NCBI RefSeq assembly: GCF_037042905.1
Contig: NC_087255.1
Location: 1,674,001 to 1,738,000 of the forward strand
Direction: 5' to 3'
From: Lytechinus pictus
Lineage: Eukaryota
Length of the DNA stretch: 64,000 nt
Under the pieces are notes generated by a model, which was given only the letters and a program-made list of their open reading frames with translations, made no database searches and had not been told where the DNA came from. Below, one piece after another: positions 49,001 through 61,380 of this stretch (positions are counted from its first letter, which is position 1; every line of letters begins with the position of its first letter). The position numbers and the translations under genes were made by a program.

Positions 49001-51038
49001 ATGCAAGGGTGTTAATAGCTTGTAGCAGTTATCAGAGAAAATCACTGACAAATCTCTTCATGAAATGCTCTCCCTTTTTTACCTGGATCTACCGTGATTG
49101 TTCCAACCAAGAATCCATGATATGGTTGACTAGTAGCTTGAAGGGCATGCCTGTGAGCTAGCCGTACTGCTGCTTCAGATACGCATAGAGATATATTCCT
49201 GAAATAATAATGATAAACATATTAAAGTGAGATGCCATATAAGGGTCGGACCTCTGTATCTTTTGAAAAATTGACATATCTCGCTTATAGTAGCAACTAG
49301 AAAGTATGAAGAGAGTGCCCCGTTGGAATCGTATCAGAACAGTCGCACTGTAGATGGTCGAAATTGAGATTCTTTCCTTTAACTTCAGGATGATTGGCAA
49401 GTCAACGATTCACTTTAATTTCATAGATTTGGTACCAGGAGACATATAGTACAATGCCAGAGATCAAAGACATTAAACATTAGAAACAGATAATTTTTCA
49501 AATTTTTAAGCATCATTTATTCAATATCCCCCCCCCCAAAAAAAAAAAAGTGGATTATTAGAGAAAAAGGGTTTCTTACCAGTGAAAAAAGTAAAAGAAG
49601 GAAAGGGAGAGGGGGAATGGAGAGGAGAAGGNNNNNNNNNNNNNNNNNNNNNNNNNNNNNNNNNNNNNNNNNNNNNNNNNNNNNNNNNNNNNNNNNNNNN
49701 NNNNNNNNNNNNNNNNNNNNNNNNNNNNNNNNNNNNNNNNNNNNNNNNNNNNNNNNNNNNNNNNNNNNNNNNNNNNNNNNNNNNNNNNNNNNNNNNNNNN
49801 NNNNNNNNNNNNNNNNNNNNNNNNNNNNNNNNNNNNNNNNNNNNNNNNNNNNNNNNNNNNNNNNNNNNNNNNNNNNNNNNNNNNNNNNNNNNNNNNNNNN
49901 NNNNNNNNNNNNNNNNNNNNNNNNNNNNNNNNNNNNNNNNNNNNNNNNNNNNNNNNNNNNNNNNNNNNNNNNNNNNNNNNNNNNNNNNNNNNNNNNNNNN
50001 NNNNNNNNNNNNNNNNNNNNNNNNNNNNNNNNNNNNNNNNNNNNNNNNNNNNNNNNNNNNNNNNNNNNNNNNNNNNNNNNNNNNNNNNNNNNNNNNNNNN
50101 NNNNNNNNNNNNNNNNNNNNNNNNNNNNNNNNNNNNNNNNNNNNNNNNNNNNNNNNNNNNNNNNNNNNNNNNNNNNNNNNNNNNNNNNNNNNNNNNNNNN
50201 NNNNNNNNNNNNNNNNNNNNNNNNNNNNNNNNNNNNNNNNNNNNNNNNNNNNCCTGTGCATTGGATGTAGATTGATTGAAGAACCTATTGGGGTTTGGTC
50301 CCTGCATGAATGATAGAAATACCAATGAATCACTACAAACAAATCTGATAGTGGCGTTTTAAATTGTACATAACAATTGGTATCATTAAAAGAGCTATCA
50401 ATAATTTGCTATCATAAACTATAGATGTTTTCAAATCAGTTACATGTAATATGTGCCTTCAGGTCAGAAGAAAGAGTTTGTGTTAACTGCCAAATCTTAA
50501 GAATTTTTACAACACTTGTTTCTCTTTGTTTAGTTTTGTCTTCTGTTCATTTGTTCATTTTTTAGAAGTACATGCTAAAATTTTCTAAATCATTTTTTGA
50601 CTTGCTTCGTCTGTTCTTTAGATTTTGTAGCAACAAACATCTTTTCTCTCCCCAAAAGAAAACTGGGAAATGCCATAAAATAATCAACCTTTTTGTACAA
50701 CTGACCCCATTTTTCTCAAGTTTTACTTCACTTCATAAACTGACCAGGACATGGTCCTTTGAGAACATTAGACTGTCAAAAAAATAAAAAATCAGAGACA
50801 CAAAATTTCATGAAGGTCCCACATTAGGGGGTTGGATGTACATATTTTATGGAATTGCCCAACTGTTTCACACATATTTAGAAGATTTGACTCACCAGAG
50901 AATATTCTTGGTCAAAGGAAATTTGAAGACATTTTGTTTAATTGCAGGTTTCTGCTTGTTGCTGCTTGGATGTTTAGACGGAGGAGGCGGAAAATATGAA
51001 GAGCGCGGATGAGGACCCTGGACACTCTCCATCATCAT
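36355..51038 (-). CDS. STIL: SCL/TAL1-interrupting locus protein (centriole duplication factor), about 1383 aa, 14 coding exons (whole-gene span)
   Basis: Exons: 51038-50896, 50301-50254, 49198-49083, 47647-47466, 46897-46650, 46169-46086, 45410-45324, 43756-43612, 42705-42490, 41414-40335, 40065-39446, 39009-38748, 38411-38221, 37084-36355. Hallmark STIL motifs: [52 protein letters not shown], a central coiled coil, the STAN motif [14 protein letters not shown] and the C-terminal LKQLPKLL. Confidence 0.95.
37161..37283. mobile_element. Tc1/mariner(pogo)-type MITE with TA TSD
   Basis: ta-cagtccgacctctcttat ... ataagagaggtcggactg-ta. Confidence 0.85.
37741..38134. mobile_element. TTAA-specific (Kolobok/piggyBac-type) non-autonomous element nested in an older repeat (about 37451-38160, related to 16375-16655)
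   Basis: ttaa-agagaaattccagt ... actggaatttatct-ttaa. Confidence 0.75.
38221..38411 (-). CDS. STIL: STIL exon 13
   Basis: [21 protein letters not shown].. Confidence 0.85.
38748..39009 (-). CDS. STIL: STIL exon 12
   Basis: [22 protein letters not shown]. Confidence 0.85.
39446..40065 (-). CDS. STIL: STIL exon 11
   Basis: [18 protein letters not shown].. Confidence 0.85.
40335..41414 (-). CDS. STIL: STIL exon 10 (disordered region, start of coiled coil)
   Basis: [28 protein letters not shown]; 1080 nt, phase 0-0. Confidence 0.9.
41860..42156 (+). mobile_element. tRNA-derived SINE with (ATT)n tail; diverged reverse copies at about 42160-42390, 44995-45290 and 25790-25960
   Basis: A-box-like ggtgtagcggt, B-box gttcgaatcc, central ttggcaagg..ctctcaccca..gggtacc, 3' aagcgct..tataaatgccaattattatt. 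Confidence 0.8.
42490..42705 (-). CDS. STIL: STIL exon 9
   Basis: [28 protein letters not shown] (PRPxPxP motif). Confidence 0.85.
43612..43756 (-). CDS. STIL: STIL exon 8
   Basis: [32 protein letters not shown]. Confidence 0.9.
44176..44993. mobile_element. Tc1/mariner-type fold-back MITE with inverted arms of about 350 bp and TA TSD
   Basis: ta-cagtgcgtccca.aaaaaacgaaaccgagattta ... taaatctcggtttcgttttttgtgggacgcactg-ta. Confidence 0.9.
45324..45410 (-). CDS. STIL: STIL exon 7
   Basis: [29 protein letters not shown]. Confidence 0.9.
46086..46169 (-). CDS. STIL: STIL exon 6
   Basis: [28 protein letters not shown]. Confidence 0.92.
46650..46897 (-). CDS. STIL: STIL exon 5
   Basis: [39 protein letters not shown]. 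Confidence 0.9.
47110..47530. repeat. Three tandem units of about 150 bp containing the 3' part of STIL exon 4 and the adjacent intron
   Basis: ttgaatgca.caatgaaatcatct....tagct.ata..tcagcatctcc occurs near 47160, 47308 and 47467. Confidence 0.8.
47466..47647 (-). CDS. STIL: STIL exon 4
   Basis: [25 protein letters not shown]. Confidence 0.9.
48321..48765. mobile_element. PIF/Harbinger-type MITE with TAA TSD
   Basis: taa-gacaccgttctca.tac.tt.ctaaaactagttta ... taaactagttttagaaagcgtaatgagaacggggtc-taa. Confidence 0.75.
49083..49198 (-). CDS. STIL: STIL exon 3
   Basis: [38 protein letters not shown]. Confidence 0.9.
50254..50301 (-). CDS. STIL: STIL exon 2 ([17 protein letters not shown]); 3' edge abuts the assembly gap
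   Basis: atgcag| acceptor; W..TP.G..I.LH motif; the T of the donor falls in the N-gap, but phases fit exon 3. Confidence 0.75.
50896..51038 (-). CDS. STIL: STIL coding exon 1 ([27 protein letters not shown])
   Basis: Acceptor at 51048/51047, donor gtgagt; the FP..K..LW motif starts the STIL N-terminal domain. Confidence 0.8.
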
Positions 51039-51584
51039 TCATTTTATCTTGGAAAATAAAGAAAGTTTGAGAAAGAAAATAAATTCAGATAGCAGTCCAT
51101 TCATACTTACTCCTTACTTGATTAAAAACATATGTTTGATTGGTTTTTGTAATGTTTTTTAGTTGAATGAGTGTATCATTTTGTCTTCAAATGCACATGG
51201 TCTAGTGCTTAAAGCAACAGATCGAAGCTCTACGCCGCCATGTCACAAATTTGCAATGGCACAGGTTTGAATCATTGATGGATGACATTATTTCAGTAAT
51301 AAATTGAAAACAATATCGTTTGTTAGTTTGAAATTACAGGCTTTAATGACCTGAAAAATAGTGTTAAATGACTCTGATTAGATTGAATACCCTCATGATG
51401 GTAGACATCTCGGAGAAGAATAATCATGCAAAAAAAAGGTGACATATGACCTTGAAGAGAGAATAGTGTGCTGTTACGTATACTGTAGGACGCAAAAAAA
51501 TACAATTTTTAAACATTTTGTTCATTTTGAGAATTCTCTGAGTATTTCATTTGACAACCTATAACTTAGTGGAATAGAACACTC

Positions 51585-51677
51585 CAGGGGCCGCGGAACG
51601 GTTTTCAAAGTGGGGGGGGGAGTCGGGGGACCATGCAAAAAATCACAATCATCATATGGCCACTTCCGCGGCCCCTG
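51585..51677. mobile_element. Very short MITE with TIR CAGGGGCCGCGGAA
   Basis: caggggccgcggaa ... ttccgcggcccctg. Confidence 0.65.
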
Positions 51678-52339
51678 CACTCTAGTATATCTAAGGCAAG
51701 TTTCATAAGCCAAAACCCTCTTATTACAGACTCTAATCATGGATCCTTCTAGTAGGATCCATGCTCTAATTAAGCAAATTAATGACATGTTACATATGGG
51801 ACATTTTTTCCTCCCTCTCTATCATCCTTCCTTTCATTCTTTTTTTTTCCTTCTAATTCTTTTCCCTTATTCTTTCTTCCCCTTCCTTCCTGTTTTTCTT
51901 CTTTGTTTCAAAGAATGAAGGAAACATTTTCTTTCCTTCATTCTTTCTTTCTTCCTCATGCTTTTAACTTATTTTACTTTTTTGCTATCTCTCCTTCATA
52001 TTTCTTTCACACATTTATTCATTTTCCCTTCCATTCTTTTTCTTTCTTTCTTTATTCATTTCAAAGAATGACGGAAACCTTTAATCTTTCTTGTAATCTT
52101 TCTTTCATCCTTCATTTTTTCTTTCTGTCCTCTCAGACTCAGCTCTCAATTCATCTCTTTTCTTTCTCTTGATCCTTAATTCTTTCATTCACCCTCCCTT
52201 TCTTTTCTTTAATTTTTTTTTACAAGTCTACTACTAAAAAAGTAGTAGGCTACTATGTCGAGTATGTTATTATTAGGGATCCCAAAACGAAAATCTAATT
52301 TTTTAAATCTATGTTTAAAAGCATTGAAAAGTACCTCAC

Positions 52340-52620
52340 CTGAATCAGCATATTAAAAAACCCCAAGTGAATGACTTTTAGTGTTCCAAAGAGATCTAAA
52401 TATCTGTTAATCTGAGGCTAAAGTGGGTCCGAATTGTGACAGATTTGTGTACAAATTTCATTTTGAAATTTCGTCGACACGTACGCACAGAGCTCGGCAC
52501 TGAACGAGGGATTGTGGGCGTGTCCTTTCTCGCCTCGGCCTATTGTTACCCAAATACACAACTCGAACGAAAGTGCGTTCACCGTCCCAGTTAGTCTCGG
52601 ATCCGAGCTTATCCAAATAA
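52340..52620 (-). promoter_or_regulatory. Putative STIL promoter and non-coding first exon
   Basis: Donor CAG|gtgagg at 52340/52339. CpG-rich patch at 52470-52610 and a CHR-like TTTGAA near 52462, which fits a G2/M cell-cycle gene (inference). Confidence 0.4.
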
Positions 52621-53804
52621 ACAATGATTAAATAACAACAAAAAATAGAAAGAAGAGAAAAGAGAAAAAAAAATGGCTCAAATGCAGTCGTTTGGTGACG
52701 GATAGTATGCTCTGACCTCTTGCTGATATAAGGATTAGATATGACATAAGTTTTATGCCATGATAACTAAAGCATGGGGGGCGGGGGCACTGACTTTCAA
52801 AATAATAAATTCTTTAAACATCTATATCTAGGCAAGGGAGGGTCCAGGATTTTCCAAAGGGGGGAGGGCACTATTAGCGGCGGCAATCAAAAAAATTTAG
52901 GGGGGGGGGCACCAAAATTTTTGACAAAAAAAGGTTATCAAAGGGGGGACCGAAAAAAAAAAATTTAGCCCCCCAAAAAAGGTAACAACGTCCCCCCATA
53001 GGCAGCGGGGGGGGGTCGTGTCTCCCCTAAATTTGAGGTGGGGGACAATCGCCCCCCCCCCCTCCTAATTTTTTTGTCGATAACCTTTTTTTTTTGCTTG
53101 TCAATTTTTTTTCCTGCGTGCCCCCTAAATTTCAGTGGACCCCCCTAAAAATTTCATGGGGTCTCCCCTAAAATTTGGTTGATAAACCTTTTTTTTTGGG
53201 GGGGGGGCTTGTCACAAAATTTTGGTGGTCCCCCTCCCCTAAATTTTTGCTTTCCGTTGCCAATGGTCCCAACCTCAGATTTAGGGGGGACAGGGCCTAT
53301 GGAGGGCACATTTTCCCGATGCAAATTTGATAAGCATTACAAAATGTTTTTACCAAAAATTCAAAGTCATTTCGTCCCTAAAAATTGACAAGCAAAAAAA
53401 ATAGGGCCTATATAATATATATATAAATATACATATATATATATATCCTCACTTTCAAGGGGCATGCTTGGGTAAAAAGGGCATGTTTATGTTACAAATT
53501 ACAAATTTGGCTCTCGATAATTATGCCCCTTGGATCCACCAGTAATCTAAGTGGAATTTTTTGTTTTGAGTTTTGATATGGCTACCTTCTCGGAGGGCGT
53601 CCTCGCCGCGGTAGCTGGATAGTGCTGCAAAAGAGTAGGCCTTATACATCTTTTGCAGCATTAACTGACACTCCGAGACTTATAATTTTACCTTATACTT
53701 AAAAAATGAATAATACAAAATAAAACATAACACTTGTTTTTGGAGTAAGTTGATGTCAAAATATATTCAGTCTGGGGCATGAAGACTTGGAACTCTGCCC
53801 CATA

Positions 53805-55595
53805 TCATTGTACTGGCAGTTTATAATCACTCGCGTCGCGTTCTGGTTCGTAATCACTCGCGTTTTGAATTTTTGGCGATTTTTTTTATTTCGGTGCGAT
53901 TTTTTTTTAACGGTGTCTTCAATGGGACAGACATGCAGGGAAATTTGAGTTTCGTTTTAAGCCGGCAATTAAAGAATAGAAAACAAGCTTGATCCGCCCC
54001 AGACAGCTGGCAGCAGTCTGTTTCGAGGATTTTTTTTTCAAACATTTTTAAATTTTTTTTTAATTTCTCTGTATTTGGTGAGTGGAGCCAACGGAGTTCA
54101 GCGGAACAACCAACATAATAATTAATAGACACAAAGACCGAAGCTTTTGGTCAAGATCCGCCCCTGTAGCTGTGCGCGCTCTCACGGTAAAAATTCGCGC
54201 GACGATCAAAGCCAAGGTACCGTACCGTCCCGGTGCCTTCCTGAAAACAGAAGTTGTCGGCTACGTCATTTATCCAGGCCCCTTAAACAACTCCAAGCAC
54301 GAGGTAACTCAGATTGAGTCAGAAATAATGGATTGGAAAACAGAAGACATGGCTTCAGGGAGTCACAGTAGGCTGGATACATAAACATAAATAAAACATT
54401 GTGATCAACAAATATACACTTACAATACAAATTACAATACAGTGTAGATTTCTTGTCCTTGATAACCCCCAAATTTTTTCATATTTTTCACCCTGCAACG
54501 TCCTGCAAGATTAATGAAAATCCATTTTACCATTTTTAAATTTTGTTCAGTGCACCATCATTATATAAAAAAAACTTATATCACACACACACACAATTAT
54601 TTGTATAAAGGAACAATTTTGTTGGTCCCTCGGACTTCTTTATAACCAGAGTGCACTTTACTCCCCCTCCTACTTCTATTTCTTCTCAGTCTTCTTTTTA
54701 TTCCCATTATTATGTCATCTTATTCTTCTCCCTGTTCTTCTACTTCTCAATTTCTTCCCTTTCTCCTTAGTGTTCATCTCCCTTCTCACTTCTTCCTTTT
54801 CTCTTCTCAGTCTTCCCCTTATTTTATCTTCTCTTTCTCTTCTTCTACATCCTCCCCTCAATTTTCTCTTTTTAGTTTCATTTTTACCCCCTTATGTCCT
54901 CCATCTTCTTTTTTCTTCTTCTACTTCTCCTCCTCCTTCCTTCTTGCTTTTCTTCTTCAGCACTTTTTTCCTCCCTGATTTTTACGTTAGTGTAAAATAA
55001 TTCACAAAGAAAGGGAGAAGCAAATAAAAAGTGATATTATGAAATTGTAGCACCTCGCTATGCTTTATAAAGAATACCACAGACTTCAGGAAAATCCTCC
55101 AAAGGCAAAGCTAAATCGAGAGTAGCCTTTCCTCCTTTTTCTTCTTTATTCCTTTTCTCCTTTCTTTCTCCTTTTTTCCTTGCTTCTTTCTTTCTGTCTG
55201 TCTTTTTTTTTCTTTCTCTTTTCTCCCTCTTTCCCTTCCTTTCTCCCCCCTCTCTCTTTTTTTAGGGGGAGCCCCCCCCCGCTTCCGCCGCCTATGGCTC
55301 TAAGATTTAAGATGTGGAATGTGATTATGTTAAAACAGTAGTCAAAATTTGCTTGTTATCTTAAAACAGTGGTCGAGAACGTTTTATTTAAGGCACTTAC
55401 CAGCTTAAAATAAAACGAAACTCGAATTTCAATTTCATTTTATTTTTCCAGTACGTTTGTCCCATTGAAGACACCGTTAGAAAAAAAATCGCACCGAAAA
55501 AAAAAAAAACGCCAAAAATAAAAAACGCGTGTGATTACCAACCCGACGCGAGTGATTACGAACGCGAGTGAATATAATAAGCCATTGTACTTGCC
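53805..55595. repeat. Inverted pair of repeats of about 170 bp (53805-53970 and 55398-55595)
   Basis: taatcactcgcg..ttcggtgcgatttttt..aacggtgtcttcaatgggaca and its reverse complement. Confidence 0.65.
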
Positions 55596-56194
55596 TCGCT
55601 CGATTTGTATCATAAAAAAAAATTAAAAATGTTTCCACATTAAAATATAGATCTAAGTACAATGGCCAGAAATAATAGTACGAATAAGCTAGCAGAATTT
55701 GTATCATACCACCCATATTATTGAACGCCAACGAAGGCAGTTTCTAAATCCTGTTTGCTTTATCCCACTTTTCCACTAAGATTTATCCCTTTTGCGTGTC
55801 ATATGAAAGCAGTTTTGTGCGCAGATCTAGCGTACCGGTAGGACCACATGCAGTCATTAATAGCTCTCTTTAATTTTTTTTCAACAAATGATGTCTCATG
55901 CTTTCGTTAAAATTAATAAATTAGAATCCTTGTATATGGCCCTGGGAAGTGGGGTGCTCGGGTTGTGACCCCCAAGTTTTTTTTTTTTTTTTTTTTAGCT
56001 GGTGGTGCGTTTTTTGTACACGTATATAGTTTAAAACAGGAAGAAGAATGACATTGATTTTTGTACCGCATTATTTTCATTAATTTATTGGTAGAAATAC
56101 AAAAAAAAAAGTTTTGAAAAAACATTTTTCAAAACTATTCCGCGGCTCCTGGAAGAATGGAGAGATGGACGGAAGGAGAGAAATAAATAGGATG

Positions 56195-59100
56195 AAGGGG
56201 TGGATCCAGCTTTCGCCAAAGGGGGGGGGGGCAAATTTTTTTTCACCATTATTTTTCCCCAATCGGCCGCGCGAATATGATTTATATTTGTTTCTTTGAA
56301 GAAATGTCACTTCTTAGCTTTTGTCTTATAAATCAACATAAATATATAATATCATAACCCTTTTTATATAGTGCGAGCTAATTTATTTAAAAAAAAATGT
56401 TTTTCCCCAAAGTTTGAAATTTCTGGGCAATGTTTATCATGAAAAAGATGTGTATGCAACTAAATAATTACTAAGAACGCGAAGTGCGAACAGAATTGAA
56501 ATCATAGGCACTTTTTGTAACTTAAACAGGATAGGTATATAACTTAGCAATTGATGCGAAGCGCGAGCACAAAATTGGAAGATTTAGACCTAAAAACAAG
56601 ACATGTCTAGTCATGTCTTTTAAATCATCATGGAAAGGATGTCAAATTGCCGATCTTTGTTACTTTAATAATGCTCGCGCAAATTAGCGCGAGCATAAGA
56701 TTTTTGTATACGTTTTGAACCGATCAAAAAGGTACCTGTTGAGGACTGCTTATTTCACTTAGCCATGGAGACGTTACATATTTCAACAATAAAATAATGC
56801 AAGCGCGAGCCGATTTTTTTTTTACACTTCTACATAAAGAATGGAAAATTTTAATCAATTATTGTGACCATGAACAGGATCGTCGTTATAAAACAATTAA
56901 TGCGAGCGCGAAGCGCGAGCGGAAAAAAATCGACATTTAGACCTAAAAAATGGGACACTCTACTCCTGTTTTGTATAATAAGGATGAGTAATAGGGGTTC
57001 TTCCTACATAAAAAATGCGAGCACAAAGCGCTAGCAGAATTTTGTTTTTCAGAAACTGGATAATGGTTGAAATACTAACAAGTTGAGTATCTAGATAGAC
57101 ATGCGCTCGCGTGTTTCCGATTTAGGCCTACAATCTAGGCATTCTGAATATATATTTTAACATGAAATTGAAAATCAAAGCGAGCGCGAAGCGCGACCTT
57201 AAAATATTTGACATTCTGATCTGAAAAAGGGGTCAATTTCAGCTCAAGTACTTTGTGAGGTGGATTTGGATCGCACTTAATAAAGAGCTGATAGATTTGA
57301 CAAAGGACCGGGACATGAGAGTGATGAATATCTTCCTATTCCTCTTGCTAAGAGCGAGATGAAACAGAAAGGACAATTTAACCATTAAAATTAATATCTG
57401 ATCTATAAATGCCTAATGAGGCGCGAAATCTGATGATAACATGGTATGAAAACTGGAAATTTCAAGCACTTTTGTAATTATGAATATGATGTATCAGGTA
57501 ATATTTTTAACCGTTTATGCGAGCGCAAGTCGCGAGCCAAAATTTTTATAAGGCCAAGTCACAAGGATTACCCTCCTTTTAACTGCCATTATCAATATGT
57601 TACTACATTATAACCATGTATTTACTCTACATATGCATTAAATTCTGTGAATCCCATAATCTTGAACCATTAATGCTTCTTTCTTTGACCCATGCTATTT
57701 CTGCCCATAAATCTCTTGAGGGTTTTTTTTTTCTCTCTCAAGGTGTGTATGGCACATTGAGGAGTATAGAAGCATGTTGGAGATATTGAAAGGGGTAGAA
57801 TAATTGAATGAAATTCACGAATGGGAGAGATGCCGAGGGGGGGGGGGGCAAAGATGTTGAGACAGAAAGGGGGTTTGAGAGAAAAGAGGGGAATTAACTA
57901 TAAAGGAACAGCAGTCAGGAGAGGGAAAGAGAGAGGGGGGAGGAAATCGAAGGAAGATATGCATACGATAAAAGAGTCCTCGTAGAAAAAGTGAGAGAGA
58001 GGGGGGATATGGAACTGAGAGATCATAATGAGATAAGAAAGAAGTAGTAGTGCATGGGCGGATCTATCGCCAATAGGGGGGGGGGGGGTGCCAATTCGTC
58101 TGCGGCCAACTTGTCCACTCATTACATGGTCTACTTTCATTTAGTCTAATGCCAATCTGTCCATCAACATTTCGTCTAACAGCCATTGGTCCATTAACCA
58201 TTTGGTCCAATCATCACTTCGTCTAATAACCATCTCGTCTATGACCATTTAGTCTCATAACCGGTTGGTCTAATACCCATTTTATTTTCATTCATTTTGC
58301 ACAATAATACACTTATAGTCCAATTAGATGAAATGGTATATGGACCAAATGGCTTTTGGGTCCACTGGTCATTAGACGGAATGGCATTAGACTAAATGAA
58401 AAAAAAAGTGGTGAGTTGACGAACTGATGGACCAAACGATAGTAGACGAGTTGGCAATTAGACAAATTGGAAATAAACCGGGGAAGGGGCCGAAAAATAT
58501 TTGCACCCGTATTTTCCACAATCAGCCGCTCAAAGTTAATAGGGGTAGTCCAAACAGTCACTTCTTTATTCTCATTAAACAGCATACACAAAACACAATA
58601 TACAATAATCTCATAGCCCCTATAGTGCAAGTGCGAAGCGCGAGCTAAAATATTTTTGAAATTTCATGTTTTTTATCCTCAAAATTGAACATTCTGGGCA
58701 ATGTTTGTTAAATTGAACAAGATGCGTATTTTACTAAAATTGCTGCGAGCGCGAAGGAGCAAAAAAAAAAGTAAGTAAGAAAAGAGAGAAATATACGTTC
58801 TGGCCTGATCGAAAAGGGACTTGCTAATGGCGGTTTACAGTTAGCCAAGAAGACGATGCATATTTCAATCAAAATAATGCGAGCGCAAAGCTCGAGCTAA
58901 AATGTTTGAAATTCTGACCATAAAAATAGATTTTCCAAGCACTTTGTGTATGAACAGAACACAGTGGGAGCACGAAGCGTGAGCGGATAACAATTGAGAT
59001 ATATAGACCTAAAAAGGAACACTATTTTATATTTATGTTTTCTAAATCGTGAAAAGGGTGGGTAATTGGTTACCGTCTTACATTATTTTATAATGCAAGA

Positions 59101-60541
59101 GCGAGAAGAAATTTTTTTATATTCTAATCCGAAGCGAGATAATTTAAGCATGCTGTTTTCAATAAAGGATAAGCAGCCCGTCTCAATAAACATGCGTGTT
59201 CTAGAATTTGTGCATTCTTAATACACTTTTTATCACGGAAAATCAATAATGCGAGCGCGAAGCGCGAACTGATAATATTGGATATTCCGATGTAAAAAGG
59301 TCAAATTAAGCACTGCACTGTGCAGGAAAATAATCGTAAAGTGGACATGGATTGCTCTTAAAAAATGAGGCGAATGCAAAGCATGAGCTGAAGTTATTCT
59401 GGCCTAGGACCGGGACATTCTAAGGACATTTTTTCATCATAATTATGAATGTCTTCCGATTCCTCTTCCCAAGCGCAAAAAGAAACATGTCGATCTTCCA
59501 TTTTGAAAAAGTGACAACTTAATTACGGTATTAGGAATTAATGAAATGTTATTAATATCTTATTTACTAATCTAATAAGCCTAATGAGAGCTCTAAATTT
59601 GTTGATATTAAAGTGTTAACCCTGGACATTATAAGCACTTTTGTAATTATGAATATGATGCATTAATTACCGGTAACGTACTTTTAGAAATTAATGCGAA
59701 CGGCAATTGCGAGCAAATTTTTAATTTAATAAACTTATTATTAACTAAAAAAACTGTCATGAAAAGGCGATTTTAAGTACTTTGATTTATATATATTTGA
59801 GGTATACATAACTCACCAATTTAAGCACGTGCGTGCAATGCTAGCTGATAAGATTTGACAATCAGACCTTAAAAAGTTATATTTTGATAAATTTATGGAA
59901 TAGGGCCTACATGAAGAGAATAGGTACTCCACAAATGAAATAATGCTAGGGCACAGCGTGAGCTAAAAATGTTGATACTCAGATCATAAAACGAATATTT
60001 TACAAAGCACTTTTTTATTGATTCGTTATACCTCGGTCACACTTTTTCTATACGGCGAGTAGAAAACAGTCGTTTAAACATTTTTTTGTGCCAGCTAAAT
60101 ATAGGTGGTTTGAATAAAAATGAATAAAACGGCTGTTTCGACTCTCCGTACGGCCGCCGCAGAGCAAATGTGACCGAGGTAAAAATAAAAAAGAATAATG
60201 AAAGTTCAATGTCCTAGCTGACCGTACAGTATATGTTTTGTATTTTGACTGCAAAGCTTGAATGTCAAGCTCATATATATCAGCCTATTGAGCAATAATT
60301 ATGTACTCATCGAAAATGAGCAATGCGAGTGCGAAGCGCGAGCGAAAATTTCAATTTTGCATGTTCTTTTAAATCATCAAAGTCTCCCCTCCCTAATTTT
60401 ATTCCCTTTTCTCCCTCCCTTTTCCCCTCTTCCTTTTCCACTCTCTTTTCCTTCTGTTTCTTCTTCCTTTCTCCATTTTTGGTCTTTCATCCGCCAACAG
60501 GGGGGGGGGGGGGGGGTGACCGCCCCCTGGATCCTTCTATG
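56195..60541 (+). mobile_element. Two related copies (about 56195-57560 and 58053-60541) of a long non-autonomous repeat studded with GCGAGCGCGAAGCGCGAGC motifs
   Basis: ggatc(c/t)..cgccaa.agggggggg 5' ends, colinear internal blocks, 3' ccccctggatcc end; the second copy is interrupted by the 58091-58480 repeat. Confidence 0.65.
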
Positions 60542-61380
60542 GTAGCGATGGTGAAAGCATTTGAATTATTCACCTCACAGTGTTAAACGGGGAAAATAGG
60601 AAATGGCTAAATTTTGAAAATCATTAATGTGGAGCCCTATTCAAGTTTAGTTTCATCTATATACACCTTGACAGGGGCTGATCCAGGATTTTCCAAAGTG
60701 GGGGCATTCAAGACCTAGTATGCTAGGAAAAAATCATTCCATACACAAAATTCCTGGGAAAAGTTGAAAAATAAGTCCTCACTTGAGAATGAACGACAAA
60801 ATCCACTAACAAATATTTGATATATTACGGGAGGGGGCACCTTTATTTGTCTCCCCTTTCCTTATTCCTCATCCATTCCATAGGCAGATCCAGGTGCCGG
60901 ACCCAATTATGGGCGGCGGCAACCCCTCCTACTGGCGGTGCGATTTTTTTATTTTTTTTTATTTTTACGGCGCAGATCGGGGAGAAAAATTGTAGTCCCC
61001 CCCCCATTAGCAAAATTTTGATCTACCCCGGGTATTTGTCTGTCGTACCTTCCAGTAAATGAAACAACAAAATAAAAAAAATCACCGTTGCACTAGTATT
61101 AAAATTTTTGCGAGTCTTTTTTTTTCAAATATTTTTGTTTATAATGGTATTCATTAATTATAATTATAGTGGAGGTTCGCATCCCGAGAATGTGAAATGA
61201 AAAAAAGAAAACAAAAATTGCACTGAACAGGAAACACTAAACGTCCTTTTCAATTCCAATTTACTTAAAGTCATTCAAATAAAAAAATAAGCATAATTTT
61301 TTGATACCTTAACTTGTTCATCACGAATTACAATGAAGCCGACAATTATTTAGGTTTGTTTTGGATTAATCTTTATAATA

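Noticed and set aside
49521-50342. Long ORFs spanning N runs (also 29400-30008)
   Set aside because: Artefacts of the assembly gaps. STIL exon 2 and 3 phases already join, so no missing coding exon is required.
56195-60541. CRISPR-like repeat/spacer appearance
   Set aside because: The repeats are degenerate, spacing is irregular, spacers are homologous between the two element copies, there are no cas genes, and the DNA is eukaryotic.
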